In this document: positions 10,745 to 21,934 of the stretch, one piece after another
How positions within the stretch are numbered: the first letter of the stretch is position 1
Layout: every line of letters begins with the position of its first letter
Source: Podarcis gaigeae
Lineage: Eukaryota
NCBI GenBank assembly: GCA_964106915.2
Contig: OZ066921.1
DNA: 64,000 bases
Strand: one strand, 5' to 3'
Notes under the pieces: generated by a model
Seen by the model: the letters and a program-made list of their open reading frames with translations, nothing else
What the model was told of the DNA's origin: nothing
Database searches by the model: none
Made by a program: the position numbers and the translations under genes

Positions 10745-13700
10745 TAAGGCCTAGCTGAATTGAGAGACACCCCACGTCCCCCTTGCACGCTGGGAATTCT
10801 CATTTTGCAGCCCTGTAAAAATTGCCAGGCGAAGGGAGAGAATGAGGCGGTGCAGTGGCATTTTCTACTGTAGGATACCAAACATGGCATCACCAGCAAA
10901 CGTATGGGACAATCAGTAAGCAAACATGTTGCTTTTTCTTTTTCAAATCCCAGCTCGGCAGCACACAACTGTTCTAAAGGTATTGTATCGAAGGGAAAGC
11001 TCCCTCACCTTTACCAAATGTGCCAATAGATTTTGCAATGGGAGAGTCCAATGGCATCAAAATGGGTTCCGCTGTCTAAAACTGGTGTCCACTCAGCATT
11101 GAGCAGACCCTGCCACGCACACACACTTGTTACAAAGTGTGTTCACATAGGCGTGAGGCCATTCTCCAGCCCTCTTCAAAAGCAATTCTTCTGCATCAGC
11201 CCAGCCTTGCATTTGTGAATGGGAGGCTTCCTTGCCCACAGTACTGAGGCAGTGGACAGACTTCTATTTTCTCAGAATCCTGTACACTTCCACTACTGGA
11301 TTGTGAAGCCACACACACACAATGGTGTCAGCCACAATCCACATATTTCCTATAGTTTCTTGAGAAATACTGTATTTTGATTCCCTCCAAACCAGCTTCA
11401 CTTCAATCTGAAATCATAAGCTTTCTGAAGCCATCCCTGCCCACTGGGGAGGACAGGCAGGCAACTTGGAAGCACAGCCCAGCTATGCTGATGCATACAA
11501 GAAAGTACAGAGCTGAAATGCAGCTGGGGGAACTGGGGTCAACCTTGCTGCATTTTAGGCCAGCAATGTGTTCACAGCCTGAGGATCAGCCAGAAGAACT
11601 TGCTCTAGCACATTGCTCTTCCCACTGTTTCTGTATATGCACATCAACCCTATAAGCATGCATGGACCTTCTGTCAGTTTAACTACCACAAGTTCCTCAG
11701 CAAGGGATTCTGGGTGTTGTTTTGATGGTGGCGTTGAGAAATTATCTTGATGGGGAACTTTAGGATTCCAACACAGAACTATCTGCCAAAGAGTTCACTG
11801 AGTAGAGGGAATGGCTATTAATCCAATTAAAAAACTACTATGTAGCTAATAAGCTCCTGCTAGACAGCTACAGAAATAAATGTGACAAGCTCAACACCTG
11901 CAACAGGATAGGAAGACATATTCCGGGAAGGTGTGGTCACCACTTGAGATGTAAGACTTTCAGAACTGTTGTGGGGTGTGTGGGTTTGTTTGTTTTTGAG
12001 GAGAGGGTTTTTTTCTGGACATACATCAGTGGGTTTGTTCACACCAGAGTTTATTGTGTGTTTGCAGCTGTTTGCTTTTCCATTTAATTTGCATTATCTA
12101 CATGATGCTACCCTCAAACACCAATCTTGATGCTTTGTCCCTATAAATTCGAGTTTTCCCGATACAGGGGGAATGTAATGTTGGGGGAAAGTGCAATTCC
12201 AACTGCAGTAGTTTGGAGCCCAAACTATTTATTTAGGGGTGGGCAGATCTCTTTTCACTTTCTGCTACTCACCTTTCCATGCTCAGTACTATCTCAATAC
12301 CTTCATTTCTTTTCCAGTCATGTTCTTAATTATTTCCACTGCACTCCTGAATTGTGTACAGCCTTGTGGTTTTTTGATCTCTCAAATTTGCACAGAACCA
12401 GAAAACTGTACAAGCAAACCACACACACACACAAATCTGCACCAAATACTGCACAGTATCAATCTCAAAGTATGTGCTGAAAACATACAATTGCTTTCAT
12501 TTCTTTTCTGGCACACTCCTGAATGGAGGAGTGTAGCCTTAGATATTTTCTTTTGATCCTTCAGATTTGCACAAAGTCAGAAAACTACCAAAGTGCGTGC
12601 TAAGAATTAAAAATTGCCTGCCAAGTTATCTGTACACATGCCCTGTGAGTATTTATTCGGCACAACTGAATCAGCAAATTAGAAGGCAGGGGAAAACGCA
12701 AAAATGTCATGCCTACTGACATGAAAAAGAAAGATAAAAGTTCTTCCTCATAGGCAAATTCATGTATATGCAGCCGTGGACTAATTCATATGTGGGGCGG
12801 GGGGGGAGTGTATTAACAGCTCAATAATGCTCAGTTGTGGACAAACCCATGATTAAGTCACTAAAGGACTCAGCAGGGAATGAAAAGAAAGCTATACAAG
12901 AAATCTTAAGGACGATTTTCTTCATCTCTGCTGCCAGCTTCGAGGAGGAATGTTGCCATTGAATCTTGCTGGCTACTCTGATGTGGTTCACATTTTTAAA
13001 TAATGATATAACTAAAAGAATATATGAAATAAAATCTCATATCCGAGGCAGTTCCAAGAACAAGATGCCCAGCAAACTGCAAGATTGGCTGGGTGAGAAC
13101 AGACCCCCACAACAAATGAGGAACAAGGACAGCATATCCTCTAACTGTGCAGAAAGCAGATAAGATGACGTGCTTGGTCCTGGAGCGTCTTCCCCAGCAC
13201 TGCTGCTGGAGATGGACATTCTGCATGCAAAGCATGTGCTCTCCTGCTCCAGACACATGAAACTACCTGATTGTAAGCCAGGCAGTGGATCTTCATTTCT
13301 GCTTAGTGCTGCCTGCTCTGATTGGCAGCAAGGGCTCTGCTGAGTCTCTTTCCCAGTCCTGCAATCCAGCAGCTCACATCCAGCCCTCCTCTCTTTAGCC
13401 CCTACATTTCCACTGACTTTCAGAAGTCATTCATGGAGCAAGATGTCGGCTTTGTAAGGACATGGAAGGAAAAGAGAGCCTGCATGATGCCAATGCAGTT
13501 GTGTGTGTTTCTCTCAGGTCAGACCTGGGCTGCCTGATCCAGGCTGGGGGCTTCTCCCAGATCCTGAACTACAGTAGACAGCAGCTACGGGTAGCCTATC
13601 AGTATTCATCAAATCCATAGACTTCATACTACCTGCCAATGGCAAGGGCAAATCCTGTGCCTTTAGAGGGGCCACCCACCCACTATGTTTTACTTGGCTG

Positions 13701-14333
13701 AGCCCTCGTCCCCCAGTACCTGATTCCTGGCCTGAAGTGCTGAGAGCCAGCGCTTCCTAGGCTAGAGCAGGAAGCTCTCACTCCTTTCTTCCCTCCAGGC
13801 AGAAGAGGAGAAAGTCTGTTCAACAAAGCACTGAGGCCTTGTGCTGGATGGAGCCTCACTTTCAGGCTATGGGCAATTTTGTATAGACAGAAGCAGATAC
13901 CATCCACAGAGAATGTAGCTAGGTAGGCTCAGTACAGCTGCTACTGGCGGTGGGGGACAATGGGACAGAGATTTCTGCCCCATTCCCTCTCATTGATCAG
14001 CATGCCCCATGATGGATGGACAGGAGTATTCCCTCCCCACCCCTGCTCTGTTCATGCATCTGTAACAGCTACTGCAGGTAGTACGAAGCAGCGGTGTTAG
14101 TAACCGCAACAGTTAGTTGTGGCATGGTCAGTTTCCCCGATTCAGAGAGAATTCAATGGATGTGAAACTTCATGGTCATCATCTCAGCTGCAGCCCCATG
14201 CAAGCAAGCAGAAAGCAAAGAGAGAGAGAGACATATATATATGTGTGTATATATGTATATATATATAGTGAGATATATATAGATATATCATTTTAAATGG
14301 AAGAGAAACAGTCCAGCAGGCAGCTAAACTCAC

Positions 14334-14364
14334 CCTTTTGTACCGCCTATGGTCCACCAGAGGG
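14334..14364 (-). CDS. CAMTA1: CAMTA1 31-nt alternative exon, (S)PLVDHRRYKR, copy 1
   Basis: ctgaag|CCCTCTGGTGGACCATAGGCGGTACAAAAGG|gtgagt. Phase 2 to 0, which links ...RCRH to SERIEKGQGT*. Matches recalled mammalian SPLVDHRLYKR. Confidence 0.92.
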
Positions 14365-14481
14365 CTTCAGATGCGCAAAACGATAGCAAAGAGCTATTAG
14401 CATATAGATGGCAACAGGTAGACACCTTTTATTCAACAGCTTCAGATCAAGGAGGATAGGCAAGCTGCCTGCTCTGGGGAA

Positions 14482-14524
14482 GGGAGAGGGAGAGGGAGAG
14501 GGAGAGGGAGAGGGAGAGGGAGAG
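14482..14524. repeat. (GGGAGA)7 hexamer repeat, (UCUCCC)n in the pre-mRNA
   Basis: Seen directly, about 120 nt upstream of the 31-nt exon acceptor. Confidence 0.9.
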
Positions 14525-15219
14525 GAGAGGGTGGCCATGGTGGGGGTGTCAATCTCAGGGGCCAGCTTGCAACAACCTACGTGCTGGGAGGGTGGGGCTG
14601 GTTGAGTAGCACCATACAATATTGAGCAAAACTCAAAGGCGGGTCTATTTTATTGGAGCTGGGTGGGAAGTACCATTGAGGTTCCAAGACCCTCCTTCTC
14701 TGACTCAGAAGACTAGAACAAGTTTTCTTAGAAAGACTTTGTGATAATCAGAAAGAAGGTGTTCCTTAACTGTAACCCCAGGGATATGGTGGGCTACGCA
14801 GCAAGAAGTATCCAAGCCATTGTCAAAACCTTGTAGCCATCTTGGCTCACTGACCAAAACTTCACTTTCTTACCAAGGTTCAAATTAAGTAATGAAAATC
14901 CATTAATCAGAATCAAAATTCCGATTAACAACAGATTCAACAGAAGGGTGCTGGCCACTTTTCCAAAGGGCCCTCTTCCCTCTGCTTCTTGATCCCAATA
15001 TGCCGTTTTGCCACCTGAGGTGTTTTCTGCTGGAAAAAGCTAGTCATGCCTTATTACTTGTTTCAAAGCCAAACTAGTAATTTCCTGGGCACAGGATGTG
15101 AAGAAACACCAGCAGATGGGGCTACAGGTATGACATCTGGACTGCCAATTGTCCCCTGGTGTACCTGCTAGCCCCTGGTGTACATCCTTAAAAAGTGCTG
15201 TCAAGTTCAAAGCATATTC

Positions 15220-15396
15220 AGGGCTTATCCAAACTTCCTCTTGTTCCGCTGCTTTCCTCTGGGGAAAACCGCTCTTTAGCACTTAATGGGAGTGCAATTT
15301 GGGTTTTCTCTGGACTGAAGTTTGCTCTGATTTAGAACTAGGCAGTGGGTTTTCCGTAGGAAAGGAGTGAGACAAGTGGAAGTGTTGATGAGCCCT
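15220..15396. mobile_element. Palindromic MITE-like element
   Basis: Imperfect terminal inverted repeats agggcttatccaaacttcc / ggaagtgttgatgagccct and inner inverted arms ggaaaaccgct / agtgggttttcc. Confidence 0.6.
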
Positions 15397-15750
15397 TGGA
15401 GTCGGGCTATCACAAGCTAAAGAGGCTACCACTGTGCTTTGTCATATCGCCATTTGTCCCTTCCATAAGAGGGTTTTTTTTTGGGGGGGGGAAGGTTTGC
15501 ATCTCACCCTCACGTATGGTGGGAAGAATGGTACAAAATACACAAACAAACACAGAGGCCATTGTGGGAGCAACTCCTATAAACCAGAATGTTGTCAACT
15601 AATACATGGGCAGTGGTTATTTTGAAGGTAGTATATTCTTGGAGCTCCAAAATCTTTTAACAAAGTCTGTCAGACAAAGATTCTTCGAGTAAATGGAGCA
15701 GAGATGGCAATACAGGTGAATTAGTATCTAGTTAAACAACAAAAGACATC

Positions 15751-16150
15751 ACATGAGAAGGGTCTGCTGGATCAGGCCAGTGGCCCATCTAGTCCAGCAT
15801 CCTATTCTCACAGTGGCCAACTGGATGGTTATGGGAAGTCTACAAGCAGGACTTAAAAGCAGTCTCCCCTCTTGCAGTTTTCTAGTGACTTGTATTTAGA
15901 AGTATTACTGTCTCCAATTGGGGAGGCGGAGCATAACCATACTGGCTATTAGCCACTGATAGCCTTATCTTCCATGAATTTGTCCAATCCTCTTTTTAAG
16001 CCATCCAAATTTGTGGCCCTCAATGCCTCCCATGGGAACAAATTCCATAGTTTAATTATACACTGTCTGAAGGAGTACTTTCGTTTGTTTGTCCTGGATC
16101 CTCTAACATCCAGCTTCATTGGATGTCCACGTATTCTAGTGTTACAAGAG
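15751..16150 (-). mobile_element. CR1 LINE 3' end
   Basis: Minus ORF 15949-16272 gives the CR1 ORF2 C-terminus (TRIRGHPMKL...KRKYSF...IIKLWNL...GLKRGLDKFMED), followed by a CR1-type 3' UTR. Confidence 0.88.
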
Positions 16151-16469
16151 ATGGTTATTACATCAAGATAATATTGGGGTCTTTTTGTTAGGACTAATAA
16201 GAATGGACTAAGCAAACCTTTGAATTCTCCAGAACTCTCTGTCCTATTCAGAGTAGACCCACTAAAGTTCATGGGAATGACTAATTAAGGTTCATTAATT
16301 TACACGGGCTTACTCTAAAAAGAGCTTAGTTGGAATATCCCAAAGGCTGTACTGTTTGGGGGCTTCTTATTTTAGATAACAGAAGAGTAAGAAGTAGGTA
16401 GGGATGAGATGGGGTGAAATTAGACAGGGGGGTTTCCTTCCTTCTCTTTCTCTCACAACAGTATAATTT

Positions 16470-16635
16470 GGGGTCGCTCTGAACTTGGTGGGCAGTAGAT
16501 TCAGGACAGAAAAAGAAATTACTTTTGACACAGCATGTAGTTAGCTTGTGGAATCTGATTCTACCAAATGTGGCTTCAGTGGCTTTAAGAGGGGATCAGG
16601 CAAATTTATGGGGGTCGAAGAGGCCTGCATTACTG
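16470..16635 (+). mobile_element. Short decayed CR1 fragment, opposite orientation
   Basis: agattcaggacagaaaaagaaattacttttgacacagc...ttgtggaat...ggctttaagagggga...aaatttatg resembles the same ORF2 C-terminal segment. Confidence 0.6.
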
Positions 16636-16646
16636 ATTTCAATAAT

Positions 16647-16756
16647 GGGTTGTATCTAATGCTAGTCCAATTCGGAGTACACTCATTGAAATTAAGGTAA
16701 CAAATTGAGCCATGGCTATTAATTTCAATGGGTCTGTTATGAGGAGGGCACAACTC
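16647..16756. mobile_element. Short palindromic squamate repeat (MITE-like)
   Basis: Inverted arms ctcattgaaattaa / ttaatttcaatggg and ends gggttgt / acaactc. Related copies at ~9430-9480 and ~16240-16340. Confidence 0.5.
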
Positions 16757-16877
16757 AATAGTTTTAAAACTCATTTCCTCAGTTGTATTTGCTGAAAAAT
16801 GTGCACACTCATTAGTTGCTATAACTATTAAAGCATCTTGGTCTGAGACTGAAAAGTGCTTTTATGTACCACAAAAC

Positions 16878-16889
16878 CTGTTGCTCTCT
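16878..16889 (-). CDS. CAMTA1: Candidate 12-nt in-frame CAMTA1 microexon (adds RESN), copy 1
   Basis: tttttttcttttcttgtgcacag|AGAGAGCAACAG|gttttg: strong polypyrimidine tract, UGC just before the AG, phase 2 to 2. The donor is weak and there is no transcript evidence. Confidence 0.4.
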
Positions 16890-18191
16890 CTGTGCACAAG
16901 AAAAGAAAAAAATCATAGAATATGACTTACATGAAGACTAAGAAGGCCCCGTTTCAGCTAGAAGGAGCTGGTAACAATATGATTCTACAGATCCAGCCCC
17001 ACTGAGCACTGAGTTCAGTGGAGCTTACTTCTAAGTACCGGTAAGTGGGTATAGGATTGCAGACTCATTGCCTTGAGAAGCTTTGAACTGTTGCTGGGAG
17101 CCATGAAGGCATCATACAAAGGCTTGTCAACCTAAGACAGCTTCTGCACTTAAGTGACTTCTCACCACCCCAGCCAAAACTAAAGGTGAAGTGCACAATT
17201 CCAGCCTAGCAGCAATTCTACCTGAAGCTTGGCTGCCCATTCAAACCCCACAATCTTTGTTGGTTGCACTCATTTGCACTCTGCAGTTTCCAGCATCACC
17301 CAACTAGTCCTAAATCTGAAATGACATACTTTATCTTGGGTCATATGCAGAAAGGCTCTTAGTTCTCCTTCTGTTCCTTTTTAGCACACCCACCCAGTCA
17401 CTTTCCTCTTTCCTCTCCCTCCTCATGTGCCAAACTCTGAAATTTCAGGTGGCCTTTCTTCATCCTGAAGCAACAGGAACACCTCCCTCTACACCCCACT
17501 GCTTGGACTGATAGTCCTCTTGGGATGGATCCCACAGAAGCAGGTCCTATTGCCATACCTGGGGGTACCAAGACTTACACTGTCCTGGGATGGAAAGACA
17601 GGGGGCTTTTTTGAACCTAAAAAACAATTTCTGCAGACATTGAGCCTGTCAGGAAAGGTGCTGGGTTCCTATTGACCCATGCCCACATCATCAAAGCATC
17701 AACTACACAATAAACTGCCAGGGCAGTTTAGTATCTGATTTTTGAAATGATCATTAATATTTCTTTAAGGTATAGGGAACCACTAATATAAATATACAGT
17801 ATACATCTGTATATGTTTAAAGGCAGGCAGCTCCCTGAAGCATGTAAGAGGGTCCAAACCAAGAGCAGATCTAGCACTCAACAGTGATGTTATAAAACCA
17901 GATTTACACTGTAGGCAAAGGTTCACGTGGCTGCAGCCAAGAGTGTTGTGCCTGCCTTTGCCCTCAGAGGCCCAAGTCAGCTTCCCATGGACAACATCCA
18001 TGGACAAACCAACACTCATGATCCAACCAGGCTCCAATCCTCTGGGGAGCACCTGAACTTTGTTTCTTGCCACAACCATTTGCAGCCACCCATGTGATTG
18101 TCCCCACTACCTTCCAATCCTTGGTCTGTAGCCCCCAACTAGGAATCTTGGTGAGGGCACACCTAGAAAGTGAACGCTGGTGATGTCTCAC

Positions 18192-18266
18192 CTGTGGCGG
18201 CAGCGTCGTAAAAAACGCATGATCTTGCGAGCAGCTTGGTCCTGCTTCTTGGTGAGCAAGCTGCTT
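18192..18266 (-). CDS. CAMTA1: CAMTA1 exon SSLLTKKQDQAARKIMRFLRRCRH (last IQ-like motif), copy 1
   Basis: 75 nt, ttgcag|...|gtgaga, phase 2 to 2. Matches the recalled CAMTA1 peptide. Confidence 0.95.
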
Positions 18267-18334
18267 CTGCAAGGAAGGAAGGAGGAGAACATCAGGGTCC
18301 AGGAGATACCAAGGAGGAAGTGGGGAGGGGGAAA

Positions 18335-18537
18335 GGCCATCTAAGTAAATGGTTGTAGAGCATCTGCTTTCAATGCTGAAGATCTCAAGTTCAATCCCAG
18401 ACATTTCCAGTTTGCCTGGGAAAGACTCTGTTCTCCTTTCTGGAACCCTGAAGAGCCTCTGCCAGTCAGTGCAAACAGTACTGAGCTATATGGACCAACT
18501 GCCTGCCTGTGGTATATAGAGCAGTTTAATGCTCCTA
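18335..18537 (+). mobile_element. tRNA-derived squamate SINE (Squam-type), decayed
   Basis: A/B-box-like head (gtagagcatctgctt...gttcaatccc) and body ctgccagtcagtg...tactgagcta.atggaccaa. Same family as 30944-31333. Confidence 0.65.
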
Positions 18538-19467
18538 CGAGGGAGACTGTCCAAACTGATGTCTGTAAAAACTTTAGTACTTTTACTCATAATAAGGGAG
18601 GCTGTCTGACAAAACACTCCATGTATTTTTTTACTGTTTCTTTTTATTTTGTCTGTTTTACTTTCTCTCTCTCTCTCTTCTTTCTTTTTTATTGTCCCTT
18701 TTTGTGTGTGTTTTTATTCTTTGTTTTTCCTCCTTTTTTCCTTCTTTGGAGTCGTATGTTTGGAGCCTTTATTAAGGTCCAAAGACTGTATGTGATGGGG
18801 TGGTCGATGGTCAGTGGAGGACCCTGGGTGAGAGAGAGTGAAAGGTCGGTTTCTCAGGGTGAGAAGCTGGGAGGAGAAAGGAAAGATCCCAGGTGAGAGC
18901 TGGGAGGAGCTGCTGTCCTCTGTGGGTGGTAAAGGCTAACAATTAATTTTAAGTGAGGGCTCTGTATTCTACTTATTCAATTTGTATCTTTTGTAGTTGT
19001 AATTTTACTGTATTAGAGAAAATTTTAATATATTTATTTTTAGAAAGACCTATAAAAAACCAAAACACTTTATGAACATGGGCCTTCTTCCTACAAGGCC
19101 TTTGGCTAGAATTTTTCAGCCACCTGCTTTGATGCATATTGATTCATTCTGTCCTTCGTGACTGAATGCCACCCTCCTGTTGTACTTACTGATCTTGCAG
19201 CCTGCTTGCATTAGAAAGCTCCCACCTATCTGAGCTGCCCTTTTGTCCCTTTGCCCATCAATGCCCCCTGCCTTTCTTAGCCCTTGCAATTGTGAGCTGG
19301 CAGGCACTCTTTGGTAACAGATGCAGAATCGTGGCTTCTGAGAGCAATAATGTTTGTTCCTATGCATTTGCTTGATTCATCGTGGGGCGGGCAGAATCTA
19401 GGTTTCCTTAGTGCATAATTTATTCTTTTACTCAAGTGCATAAGCATCAACCTCTGCCTTACACCCC

Positions 19468-19505
19468 CATCCATCCATCCATCCATCCATCCATCCATCC
19501 ATCCA
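19468..19505. repeat. (ATCC)n microsatellite (one unit longer in copy 2)
   Basis: Seen directly. The copy offset changes from 29847 to 29851 here. Confidence 0.9.
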
Positions 19506-19611
19506 CTCTGTCTGGTATTGGCTGGCAAGTCAATGTGGGTGGGGGAACTGCCCAAGATCAGTGAGTACTAGCCCCTTGCCCTGTCTACCTTCTCCAGCAT
19601 GCCCACCTCAC

Positions 19612-19805
19612 CTGAGCTTCTGCTGCACGAGAGCAGCCGTCCTGCGACTTTGTCTCCTCTTCCCACATTCCTTGTAGCTGCGGTAGAACTGCTGGATTAG
19701 GACAGCAGCTCTCCGGCTCTGCTGGAATTTCTTCTGTTCGTAGTAGCTTCGGAATTTGCTCTGGATGAGGATGGCAGCTTGTATCATCTTTTTATAAAGT
19801 GCATA
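19612..19805 (-). CDS. CAMTA1: CAMTA1 IQ-motif exon YALYKKMIQAAILIQSKFRSY...VQQKLR, copy 1
   Basis: 194 nt, (TC)n tract + ttgcag acceptor, gtgagg donor. IQ motifs IQSKFRSY and IQQFYRSY. Confidence 0.97.
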
Positions 19806-19813
19806 CTGCAAGG

Positions 19814-19847
<34 letters not shown>

Positions 19848-21913
19848 AAGGCTGAAGCACTCCCAAAGGCAAAAATAACAGTCACTCAGGGGAAAATCCA
19901 GAGATGGGCACAGAAGAATTTCACTGCAATAACAGAAAAAGTATCCTCCTGCTTTTACTAAGCAGGGCAGGCACATAATAGGGGAAAAGACTGCACCTAT
20001 AAATTCCATTCCTTGTTACCCTTAACCCCCCTCCCCTCCACTAGTTCTCCACACAAAGCAGCTCAATCCCTTGAGGATGGGCAGCTGAATATGCAAAAAA
20101 GGCTCTGCCCTGAAAATGCAGAATGTATCTCAACGCAAGGTGGATCATCTGTGGCAGGCCTTCCACATCTGTTACTCATCTCTGGATGGTGCACATGTAT
20201 GTTCCACAAACTGGAAACTGACTGGACTGAGACTTTTAGGAAATATTAATGTTTCCCAATTAAGAGTGATTTCTATGGACAATGACAAAAGTATTTCAAT
20301 TACTCCTCAGAGTATGGGGGAATTTTTTATTTTTTAAAAAATCTAATCTGCTCTAAGACTTGGTTTCCATTTATTGTGTATGTGTAAGAGACAGAGAAAG
20401 CACACAAACCTGCACACTAGGCCAAATACTTCACCAATTTTCAACCGGATAGCGGGCTGTTTCAAACATCATGCTATGCGGTTGGTCATGTTTAACATGA
20501 ATGGGCAGCATCCAATGCAAGGGTGGACAACATTTCCAGCTCCGTGGGCCAGGCCCCCATTGACCAGCTTTGACAGGTAGGTGAGGACAACCCACATGTC
20601 AATCAAATGATGTCATAATGATGTCATATGGGTTATCCCACTTGCACCAGGGAACCCATGTACAAAGTGGTCTGCAAGCCCTGAGCAGCTGATCCAGCAG
20701 GCTTTCATTCTCTCACCCAACAGCTGATGCACAGGAGAACTGACGCCTGTTTTCCCTTGGCATTGTACAATTAGGGTTTCCAACCTGCCTGGAGCCAAGA
20801 GGAACCATGAGCCTTGGTTTAATATTACGTGCAAACCAGCGCCACACAGAAAAAGTGGGCTCTGTGGCTACTTGACACACAAGGCTTGCCACCATGCTAG
20901 ACTGGGCCAATGGTTGATCTAGCCCCTACTGTCTGACACATGGGTCACTGAATGGAGAAACTGGGCAAGATGAAGCTGCCACTCCTTGTTTCCTGGCCGC
21001 ATAAGCTACCTCTTGGGGGTAGAGTGCCTCTAAACCAGCAAAGTGTACAGAACAGTTGGTGTTTGTGACTGAGGAATCTCTCCCCGCTGCTCTACCCTAA
21101 CCCACCGCCAAATTGTGCTTGAACCTTTCCCCGCAAATTGCCAAATCTGCACTGCTGCCAGATGATGTTCTCTCTCAATTCTCCTAATCAAGGAAGCAAA
21201 CTGGTACGTTCTCCATATGGGGAGCAGTTTAGGGGGTCACCACACTTGTAGGTGAAGGAAGAAGGTGCTGGGAAAGAGGGGATAGGAGAGGACTCAGGCC
21301 CCCATTCTGGCCCATCCTTGGCAAATTCTGCGTGCCTGTGAAATGGTAGGAATGGAAGGCCAGTGTGCCAAACTGGAGGTGGGCTTCCAGGGACCAGACA
21401 ACTTCCCTGAATTTTCAGCTTTCATTTTAAAATTTAAAAGCACCTAGCCCACTTCAATTATATAAACTTAAAGGAAAATGGGCAGGCTGTTTCTGAGCCA
21501 GTTTCTTTCCCTGCCGTCCAGAGCTTTGGCCGTTGAGTGTAAAAACATACAAATGAAAAAGCTAAGGAAATTAAATCAGACTTCATGATTTTAACAACTT
21601 TAAATTTAACCTATTTAGCTACTTGTAGAAGTCCTTCCTTGCTTTGAGGTGATTTGCGGTCTCTCCCTCTGGCATGCACCCCAAGTGTAACTCCCTCCCC
21701 AGCAAATTCTGTGGTGCCAGGCAAGGCTCTGAAGATGTTCCCCTTTCATAAGGGACAGGTTGCCATTCATAACAAAGCAGGACTGCTGGCATGCATGCTC
21801 CACAGCAGGATGCAACCCACGTGTGCTCTAACAAAATGGACAGACCCTCTCCTTGGCTTGCAATGAAAGTGAAAAGCTCATGAGCCCAAATGCTGGGCGT
21901 TTTCAGTCATTAC

Positions 21914-21934
21914 CTTCAAGGCTATCCAAGTAAG
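21914..21934 (-). CDS. CAMTA1: CAMTA1 21-nt microexon LTWIALK, copy 1
   Basis: tttctccccctcccaag|CTTACTTGGATAGCCTTGAAG|gtaatg, phase 0 to 0. Matches the recalled alternatively spliced CAMTA LTWIALK insert. Confidence 0.92.

Noticed and set aside
12341-12590. Two diverged ~70-bp direct repeats (cactcctgaat...tttgcaca..cagaaaact)
   Set aside because: Only two decayed units, most simply an old local duplication or repeat remnant. Not an array or CRISPR-like structure.
16931-16957. 7-nt (TCTTCAT) or 27-nt exon using donor CAT|gtaagt at 16930
   Set aside because: Short or weak pyrimidine tracts. The donor is only ~40 nt from the better 12-nt candidate acceptor and overlaps its branch region, and the 27-nt form stops immediately. 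Worth a glance only if junction reads exist.
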